This document shows, piece after piece, positions 55,298-64,000 of a stretch of 64,000 nt of DNA (the stretch's first letter is position 1; each line of letters starts with the position of its first letter). Both the position numbers and the translations under genes were made by a program. This stretch comes from Rhynchopus sp. YZ270_cl-10. Its lineage: Eukaryota. The stretch covers positions 1,736,001 to 1,800,000 of the forward strand of contig OZ037843.1 in NCBI GenBank assembly GCA_964035575.1, in the 5' to 3' direction. Below the pieces are notes generated by a model. The model did not search any database. It saw only the letters and a list, made by a program, of their open reading frames with translations, and was not told where the DNA came from.

Positions 55298-56773
55298 ATG
55301 AAAAGGCAACGTAGTGAGAGCGGGTCTGCGGATGGGCGTGCTGACAAAAAGCCTAAGACAACAAAAGAAGCAACACAGGAGGCAGAAGAAGATGATACAG
55401 AAGCTTTTCAAAAACAGACTGGAGAGGATGATGAAGAAAAGGAAAAAACAGAAGATGAGCGCAATGAACCTACAACAGTAGAATGCAGTACAAAACGGAA
55501 GAGGGGAGATGATGAACCAAGAAGTGCGCAGGAGCAGAAACCTTTCATTTGTGAAAACTGTGGTGCCAGCTTTGCAGTAGATAAACAGCTCAAAGCACAC
55601 AAAAAAGGCTCAAAAAAATGCAAAAAAACGTGTCCAAAGTGCAGAATTACGTTTTCTAATTTCCTTGAGAGGCACAATCATCAGAAGGGCTGCACAGGTG
55701 GGTTTCAGGAAGCACCTTCTACTCCTTCTCCTCAGGAAGCACCTTCTACTCCTGATGTGCCACCCCCCAAGAAGCAAAAACTGGATAAGACTTCAGACGG
55801 CCGTTTCAAATGTCCTAATTGCGATGCTACATACAAACGTATTCACAAATTGACGGAGCATCTGAAAAAATGTCAACCTGCCTGTACTCTTTGTAGGCGC
55901 AGTTTTTCATCACCTCTGCAGGCACAGAAGGAAAATCATGCGTGCTTAGGAAAACTTTGCTGTGAGCACTGTGGGGAAGAATTCACCGAGGTTAAAAACA
56001 TGAAATCACATGCAGCAACCTGCGAAAAAACATGTCCGTACTGCTATGCACAGTTTGCAGAGGTAAATATTCTACTGAAACACATCACACAATACTGCCT
56101 GAGGTTCAAAACTCTCAATTGCAAAATGGACTATCTTTCATACATTTTGCTTGGACAGGATGAGAGAGAGTTACAAAAGGAGAATGTGAGTGCTATAACA
56201 CCTGCACTGTCTGCTAGTGTTGCAGCAGTTTTGTGTTTGGCAGCCATAGAACTTCCCCAGTACTTTGACTTCAACGATTACACACCGCCGTTATTTTCCT
56301 GGCTGTTCCATTCAGCTGAAGTATTTCGCATTTCGGCGTTAAGGACTTCTTCAAGGCCATACTATGCCACACAGGATAATCTGCTAAGGTTCCAAAAAGT
56401 GCTGCTGTGGTCACACATAAATGTTCCCTTGATTAAGGACAACAAACCAAAATCTCACACCTTCAACGACTGTGTGGTCGACATCATGCAAAAAAAATGG
56501 GATCTCAGAAAGCTAAAGTCACTTGAAACAAAAAGGCAGCAGACGTATACCAAACTTGATGAGCTTGAGGAGGTTAAAGCTAGGATTATTTTGCTTGAGC
56601 ATGAGGCCAGTTTTGTTACGCTGAGAAACGTGGACCCAATGTCAAAAATGGTGTTCGACCCAGCTTCTGTGGAGGAAGCAAAGTCTATATGGAGTGCACG
56701 GCAAATAAGAAACCTCAAGGAGCTCATGATCAAAGAGCAGAACCTCATGGGGGAGCTTATAGCAAACCCGTAA
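55298..56773 (+). CDS. Multi zinc-finger protein (C2H2/C2HC), probably Helitron-associated; 3' end runs into 8-mer array
   Basis: Six F.C..C...F.....L..H...C-type motifs. Confidence 0.75.
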   Translation: MKRQRSESGSADGRADKKPKTTKEATQEAEEDDTEAFQKQTGEDDEEKEKTEDERNEPTTVECSTKRKRGDDEPRSAQEQKPFICENCGASFAVDKQLKAHKKGSKKCKKTCPKCRITFSNFLERHNHQKGCTGGFQEAPSTPSPQEAPSTPDVPPPKKQKLDKTSDGRFKCPNCDATYKRIHKLTEHLKKCQPACTLCRRSFSSPLQAQKENHACLGKLCCEHCGEEFTEVKNMKSHAATCEKTCPYCYAQFAEVNILLKHITQYCLRFKTLNCKMDYLSYILLGQDERELQKENVSAITPALSASVAAVLCLAAIELPQYFDFNDYTPPLFSWLFHSAEVFRISALRTSSRPYYATQDNLLRFQKVLLWSHINVPLIKDNKPKSHTFNDCVVDIMQKKWDLRKLKSLETKRQQTYTKLDELEEVKARIILLEHEASFVTLRNVDPMSKMVFDPASVEEAKSIWSARQIRNLKELMIKEQNLMGELIANP

Positions 56774-57163
56774 ACCCGCAAACCCGCAAACCCGCAAACC
56801 CGCAAACCCGCAAACCCGCAAACCCGCAAACCCGCAAACCCGCAAACCCGCAAACCCGCAAACCCGCAAACCCGTAAACCCGCAAACCCGCAAACCCGTA
56901 AACCCGCAAACCCGCAAACCCGCAAACCCGCAAACCCGCAAACCCGCAAACCCGCAAACCCGCAAACCCGCAAACCCGCAAACCCGCAAACCCGCAAACC
57001 CGCAAACCCGCAAACCCGCAAACCCGCAAACCCGCAAACCCGCAAACCCGCAAACCCGCAAACCCGCAAACCCGCAAACCCGCAAACCCGCAAACCCGCA
57101 AACCCGCAAACCCGCAAACCCGCAAACCCGCAAACCCGCAAACCCGTAAACCCGCAAACCCGC
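56764..57163. repeat. (AAACCCGC)n array, ~50 copies
   Basis: Tandem array. Confidence 0.97.
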
Positions 57164-57374
57164 ACTAGAAGAAAGCTCGCTAAAATGTAGGAGGCTGGTG
57201 TGGTTGTGAACAGAATTTTTTTTTTATTGTATGAAGGTTTTGCATTTTTACAAATGTGAAAGCCGAAAAAATTGAATAGAAAAATGAATTGAACTTGGCT
57301 CACCCCTCATTTCTCTTTTCATAGCATTTGTGTACTCACACACCAAAAACAGGTGAACTATTTCTCAAGAAACT

Positions 57375-57939
57375 ATGAACACCATGAAGATTAAGCGGAA
57401 GCCAGTGCCCTTTGTGCAGAAGAAAGATGCACCAAGCATGTTGCCGGTGTTCAATGTGCAGGATCAAGCTCCTCATGAGAGTGAGGAATTGCCACCAATT
57501 CCAGTGTGCTCCCAGAAGAAGGAGACAGTACTAACGAAGGTACAGGAGCAAGGCGTTAAAACAGAGGAGCAAACTCAGAAGGAATCTGTGCTTCCGTCAG
57601 AACAGGCCGCAGCATTGGAAATTCCTGTTTCTGCAGAAAGCTTTTCCTCAGTGACTGAAGAGCTGAAAGAGGTGAAACAGACTGTCTCAGATCTCAAGAA
57701 ACAGCTGAACGAAGTGTTCCTTCTGTGTCAGGACATGAAAAAGGTATGTATCAACTTTTCAAGTATCACTTTCAACAACTGAAACTCAACAGGAGCTAGA
57801 CAGAAAGAGAAAGCGCGAAGCAGCAGAAGACGAAAAAATGGAAAAGACGTGTTATGCTCACGAATGCTCTAGTACTTGGAGGGGAAGGGAATTTCAACAC
57901 AAAGGTGCTCTTTTCCAGCACAATAAAGCACATCATTAG
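57375..57939 (+). CDS. 171-aa coiled-coil/C2H2-like protein, copy 2 (intron 57744-57792)
   Basis: Duplicate of 54201 gene at offset 3174. Confidence 0.7.
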
Positions 57940-58242
57940 AGAATAATTTATTTTTTTTTTCGTTTGGGGGTATTTCTTATCGCAGAGAATGTGCAAATTA
58001 CTTCTTCCTGCGCAAAAATATGGGTTCCCCTTTTTTATATGCACATGCAGATTGGTTTTAATTTTGTCAAAATTTTCAAGATCATTTTTTAATTATTTTT
58101 TTTTGAAAACTTAGTTGTGAGACTTTTTTATTTTCCTTCTTGAAAACGCAAAACTTTCTCCCACCCACCATTTTATATTTTCTACAATACAATTTCTAGC
58201 AATTTATCACAACTATTCAAAACTCACATAACACTTCTCCCA

Positions 58243-60604
58243 GGAGGCAGGACCGCCCACAGCCGGTTCAAGATACCCATAGATCTTGAATCAAACGCAA
58301 AGAAGCTTTGCCCTCTTGATAGTGATCATGTAGAACTTCTTAAGCGCACAGACCTCATTGTCTGGGATGAGGTTGTTATGGCACAGGAGTCTGTGATCGA
58401 GGTAGTTGACAGAACACTGTGCAAGGTGAGGGAATGTCAGAAACCTTTTGGAGGTGTTACTGTTTTGCTTGGAGGAGACTTCCGACAGATTCTTCCTGTC
58501 CCAGGAAAAAACAAAGCCAGCTATGAGAGTATTGCGATTTCCCTAAACAACTCGTACCTTTGGAATGACCTGCTGAAAATGTCCCTCACACAGGTCATGA
58601 GGGTGAAGAATGATGATGCTTTCAGGGAGTATTTGATGAAGGTGGGAGACGGATCCATTAATGAAGATGGGTGCGTTGAAGGAGGTACTACTGAAGATGG
58701 AGGAGATACAACAGCAGTTCTGCAGGTTCCACGTGCTCTAATCTACGACAGAAACAACCAAAAGGTGACCGAGGAGAGTCTGATTTCTTTTACCTTTCCA
58801 GGCATCAGTGAGGGACATTATGAGAATTGTGCGCTGTTGTGCCCAACAAACGAACGCCAGGTGTTTATGAACGAAAAAATTCTCAGCAGATTCCCCGGGA
58901 ATACAATCACCAGCCTGTCAGAGGACACGTGCAAGGATCCCACCGCAGCCGAGTTCTTCTCCACAGAGGCCCTAAATAAAATGGACCATCCGCGTCTTCC
59001 TCCACACGCTCTAAACTTGAAGGTGAACTGCATAGTGATGCTTCTAAAGAACCTAGACCCAGCAGGAGGACTCTGCAATGGGACGCGCCTTGTTGTGAAG
59101 GAGGTGAAGAAGAACATCCTTGTCTGCACCAACCTGACAGAAGAATGCGAGTGGAAAAAGAATAACGGGTCAGATAGACCACATCCAGTTGCCATCCCTA
59201 GGCTTCCCTGCGACGGTGACGCGAAGGATTTAACGATTGATTTTACGCGTCAGCAGTTTCCTGTAAGACTCTCCTTTGCAATGACTATTAATAAATCGCA
59301 GGGGCAAACGCTCCGTAGGGTGGGCCTTGATGTGTCACAGTCGCCCTGCTTTTCTCATGGCCATCTGTACGTTGCAATGTCAAGGGTGTGCAGCAGGACC
59401 GACATCAAGATTTGTCTTCCACCTAGAGGTGACACATATCTCTACAACTGCGTCCACCAGGAGGTCATATCTGCAGTTGAGGAGTCTGTTGGGGGAATCA
59501 AAATGAATCTCAGTGCGGAAAGGAGGAAGCAGCTTAAGCGTGACCTGAGGCTCACAGAAGCAGACTATGCAAAAAGCCTACATGATATTGCAGCAAACCC
59601 AACAGAAGACCCGTCTGTGATACGCAAACCCAAAAACCTGCAAACATCTGCTGATGGAGAGAGCCCTATTGATGATGATGAATATGAAGCCTGCAATCCT
59701 GCTTGTGGGAGGCTTCTTGCAGAAGTAACATATGAAAATGAAAACTTCAGAGAAGATTACCATCCGTTTAAGTATCCAGAGGATGACAGGTATGTTGGAA
59801 AATATTGGTGCATAATTTACATAAAAATAATGTACAGGGAGAAGACAATCGACAACAGCAAGAAACTTTCAAAAGCTTTGCAAATGTCAACAACAGTTTC
59901 TGAAAAATATATGTATGTGATCATTTGTCTATGATTTAATCATAATTAAACAACAGGGGAAGATCAAATTCCATACCAGATGGATATTACAATCTGCAGG
60001 ATGTTCTGTCGATATGTGATCTGCAACTAATAAATGTTCGAGGTGATGGAACTTGTTTCTATCATGCAGTGCAGCAGCTTCTCACTGGGAAAGTAGATGA
60101 TGGGTTCAGTCTTCGTAGAACCTTTGGAGCATTCTTAGAAGAAAATGAGATTCTGTTCAGGGAGCATCCCCTCATAAGTGGAGACAAAAATACGTATGTA
60201 CTTCTTGTAACTGCTTGACTTCATACTAACCACTATCATAAAACAACAGAAGCTTTGATATCATACTCAGCCGTGTTCAGCTTAGGGCAGCTGACAAATA
60301 TGCACAGGACACTGAGATAGCATTAATGTCAGTTATGCATCATGTTCTCATCACTGTTGTAACTTCTAGAACATTTGAAAATGATGGCTACTCTTGTTTT
60401 CATTTTTTGCCAAAGGATCTTTCTCCTGAAGAGATTCTCGAAAAAATACCACCACAAAATAGACTGCTGTTAGTGCAAACTTTTTATCCTGACCATTTTA
60501 ACATTGGTACGGGAACTGATGGAAATATATTGAAAGCACACAAAAAAGCCCTATTGTCTCCAACATTTCCATCAAAGATTTTTTCTGACTTTCAAATTAT
60601 TTAA
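58243..60604 (+). CDS. Helitron-like PIF1 helicase fused to an OTU-like protease, 5'-truncated; exons 58243-59789, 59838-59912, 59957-60193, 60250-60604
   Basis: GGRTAHSRFKIP, IVWDE, PFGG..GGDFRQILPV, LCNGTRL, QFPVRLSFAMTINKSQGQTL, LYVAMSRV; spliced tail gives VRGDGTCFYHAV..YAQDTEI..DHFN. Confidence 0.85.
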
Positions 60605-61129
60605 AAATTGTGAATATTTTGTGTGTTGCTTTTTTTATATTGTTGTATTTTTGGGATTTTGTTGATTGCATAAAAAAAGAAAAAAAGGTTATCATAAGTT
60701 ATTAATTGGAGTTTTGACTATATCTTGTGATGGATAAATCAAACTGTTTTTGTGGAGTTTGTTTAGTTTAAAAAAAATCAATTAGTTTGGAAATTGTCAG
60801 ATACTTTTTGACCGGTTTCAGGTTACCGGTTTCATCAGCAGTTTTGTTGTTTTTTTCTTCCCAGCCGGAGGTAATCTCTTGTGATGAAGAAGTATTTTTG
60901 TCTTGGATTGAAAAAAATAAGGAAATAGGTTAAAACATAGCTTAAACAAAAGATGAAGAAGGCGCTCACTTTGGCCGGTGAGAGTATTGTCATGCCACAA
61001 AAATAAAGATCAAAAAAAGAAAAAAAGGGAAAACAGAATATTTCTGTAGTAAAAACGCACAAAAGAATCGATCCACCTAGTTTTCCAGTTGTAAATTACT
61101 TACCAATCAACCCAACTGTCCTACAGGAA

Positions 61130-61815
61130 CTTACACAAAAACCAAAAAACATGTAAAAACTGATACATGCATTTTAGGTCAAAAATACCCATTTCTCAGC
61201 GCAAATTGACCCCATCACTGCACGCACAGACTCCGGAGAGCCAAAATCAAAATTTTTTTTTTTCGATTTTTTGTAGGCAAAAATTGGTGGGAAAATTTTT
61301 TTTGGTCAAAAATCCTGGTTTTTGGGTCTCATACATGTGTATGACCAAATTTCAGGTGGTCAAAAGTGGAGTCTGACCCCCATGTCCAGGTTATGGAAAT
61401 GTCCTATGAAGCCATTGCCGAAGGAATTTTGTACTTTTGAGCATCAGAAATTAGGTACTGACCAAAAAACCCACACAAAACCCAAAAACACCAAAAATCA
61501 TGTAAAAACTGATACATGCATTTTAGGTCAAAAATACCCATTTCTCAGCGCAAATTGACCCCACCACAGCACGCACAGACTCCGGAGAGCCAAAATCAAA
61601 ATTTTTTTTTTTCGATTTTTTGTAGGCAAAAATTGGTGGGAAATTTTTTTTTGGTCAAAAATCCTGGTTTTTGGGTCTCATACATGTGTATGACCAAATT
61701 TTAGGTGGTCAAAAGTGGAGTCTGACCCCCATGTCCAGGTTATGGAAATGTCCTATGAAGCCATTCCCGAAGGAATTTTGTACTTTTGAGCATCAGAAAT
61801 TAGGTACTGAAAAAT
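61130..61815 (+). repeat. 349-bp tandem duplication
   Basis: 61167 matches 61516. Confidence 0.9.
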
Positions 61816-62419
61816 TTTTCCACACAAATTTGACCTGGTACTCAAGGTCAATTTGACCTTGGGTTTTCTCTCAGGGTCTTGTGACCAATTTTAATCATGT
61901 TAAAAATGGAATCTGACCCCCATGTCCAGGTCATAAAAATGCCCAATGAGTCATTTAAAGCCACTGATTTGACCTTTTGAGCAGTTGTAGTTATATGTGG
62001 CCCAATTTTCCCAGCCAGAAAATGACCCCAAAAATCACGAAAAAAAATATTTTCAAGCCGATACTCTTACACACCTAAATTTGGCCCTAAGTGTCAAAAG
62101 TGGGCCTCCAGGGTCGCAATAGCCTCATTTTATGGGGATACTGGCCATATTTCATGGTTATCTCGTTTTTTGAAATTTTTATAACATATACACCCAGTAC
62201 CTCAGAAACACAAAATATCGCAATTTTACTCACAAAAATAGCCGTGAAATGCCGCACACATTTTAGATATTCCCAGATCCTGGGGACTGAGGCCCCCGGT
62301 CGGGGCTGTCGTTTCTGGGCCCCATACTACTGGAGTGTCATATCAGAATCACTCGGAAGTAGCAAACCGCCATGAAAGATGAGATGCCAAAAGCAAGCCC
62401 TCTATTCCGTAATAACTAG

Positions 62420-63011
62420 AAACCCGCAAACCCGCAAACCCGCAAACCCGCAAACCCGCAAACCCGCAAACCCGCAAACCCGCAAACCCGCAAACCCGCA
62501 AACCCGCAAACCCGCAAACCCGCAAACCCGCAAACCCGCAAACCCGCAAACCCGCAAACCCGCAAACCCGCAAACCCGCAAACCCGCAAACCCGCAAACC
62601 CGCAAACCCGCAAACCCGCAAACCCGCAAACCCGCAAACCCGCAAACCCGCAAACCCGCAAACCCGCAAACCCGCAAACCCGCAAACCCGCAAACCCGTA
62701 AACCCGCAAACCCGCAAACCCGCAAACCCGCAAACCCGCAAACCCGCAAACCCGCAAACCCGCAAACCCGCAAACCCGCAAACCCGCAAACCCGCAAACC
62801 CGCAAACCCGCAAACCCGCAAACCCGCAAACCCGCAAACCCGCAAACCCGCAAACCCGCAAACCCGCAAACCCGCAAACCCGCAAACCCGCAAACCCGCA
62901 AACCCGCAAACCCGCAAACCCGCAAACCCGCAAACCCGCAAACCCGCAAACCCGCAAACCCGCAAACCCGCAAACCCGCAAACCCGCAAACCCGCAAACC
63001 CGCAAACCCGC
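62420..63011. repeat. (AAACCCGC)n array, ~74 copies
   Basis: Tandem array. Confidence 0.97.
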
Positions 63012-63784
63012 ACGAGAAGTGAGCAACCATCGTTTTCTCGCTGGTGTGGTTGATAGCTGGATGGTGTGATTGTAGTGTTTTATTGTTTAACTTTAATGGT
63101 AGTGCTGATGTGGGTACGTTCGTCATGGCAAGACATAACGATGAAGTTTCTGGGAGGTGTGAGATCTTCTTTTGGTGCTTTTTCCTGAGTTGAAGAATGG
63201 TGAAAGACGCAAAAACGTTAGATACTGGGCTAGTATAGGACTCTTGCGGGTCAACGTATCAATCTGGGGAGCGTATATATCTTCATAGCGTAAAAATACC
63301 TGCATTTTGCATTTTAGGGTATCACTAAATAACAACATTTAAGTAGTTTAAATACTCTGTAAAATGCAAAAATCTCGGGGATAAATGGTTTATGGGTGCA
63401 TAAGAGTCAATTGCAGGGTTATGCGATCATAACTGACCAAGCATTACATAATGTCTAGAATTTATCATGGTGCTGTAAACACCTGTGTTTTCGGGTAAAT
63501 GGCTAATAACCATATCTATAACCCCTCAAATATGCACGAAAATGCAAAAATCTCAGGATTATAGGGTTGTTGGCCACATTTGAGTTCATTGCGGGGTTGT
63601 ATGGCCATATCCGAGCATCACACAATGTCTAGAATTTGAACTATACAACAAATACCTGTATTTTGGTGTGAAATGCATATAACCATATCTGCCTCATCAT
63701 GCACGAAAATGAAGAAATTCTGGGTATGTGCGGTTATTGGCCACATCTGAGTCAATGCGGGTTTGCTGGGTATTTTTGACCCGT

Positions 63785-63985
63785 AAACCCGCAAACCCGT
63801 AAACCCGCAAACCCGCAAACCCGCCACACCCACACACACCACACCCGCAGACCCGCCGACCCGCAGACCCGCCGACCCGCAGACCCGCAGACCCGCAGAC
63901 CCGCAGACCCGCAGACCCGCAGACCCGCAGACCCGCAGACCCGCAGACCCGCAGACCCGCAGACCCGCAGACCCGCAGACCCGCC
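63785..63985. repeat. (AAACCCGC)/(AGACCCGC)n array
   Basis: Tandem array with unit switch. Confidence 0.95.
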
Positions 63986-64000
63986 ACACCCACACACACC

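Overview
Eukaryotic nuclear DNA from a diplonemid (Euglenozoa), inferred from a 40-nt spliced-leader exon of the Diplonema type, short GTATG..CAG introns and a receptor-type adenylate-cyclase-like gene. 1-26 kb: four protein genes (HAMP/adenylate-cyclase-like, ankyrin repeat, multi-domain membrane glycoside-hydrolase-like, pseudo-metacaspase) among TIR elements, a 382-bp-arm palindrome and a complete hammerhead ribozyme core in a non-standard strand order. 27.6-38.5 kb: a full-length (~10.9 kb) CRE/SLACS-like non-LTR retrotransposon with target-site duplication, poly(A), a 5' HDV-like ribozyme fed by six tandem P1 strands, two OTU-like domains, and an internal 5.6-kb inversion that splits the RT. 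38.9-42 kb: tRNA/5S cluster in which three tRNAs carry C33 instead of the near-invariant U33. 48.1-53.4 kb: dense small-RNA cluster (6 SL RNA, U6, 7SL, U2, U4, U3, U5, 5S), plus several unidentified RNAs defined by two shared upstream promoter motifs (a duplicated ~325-nt vault-like RNA, an Sm-site U1/SmY-like RNA and others). 53.9-60.6 kb: rearranged Helitron-like locus (zinc fingers, PIF1 helicase, OTU) punctuated by 8-mer arrays. All calls were made by eye; no searches were run.
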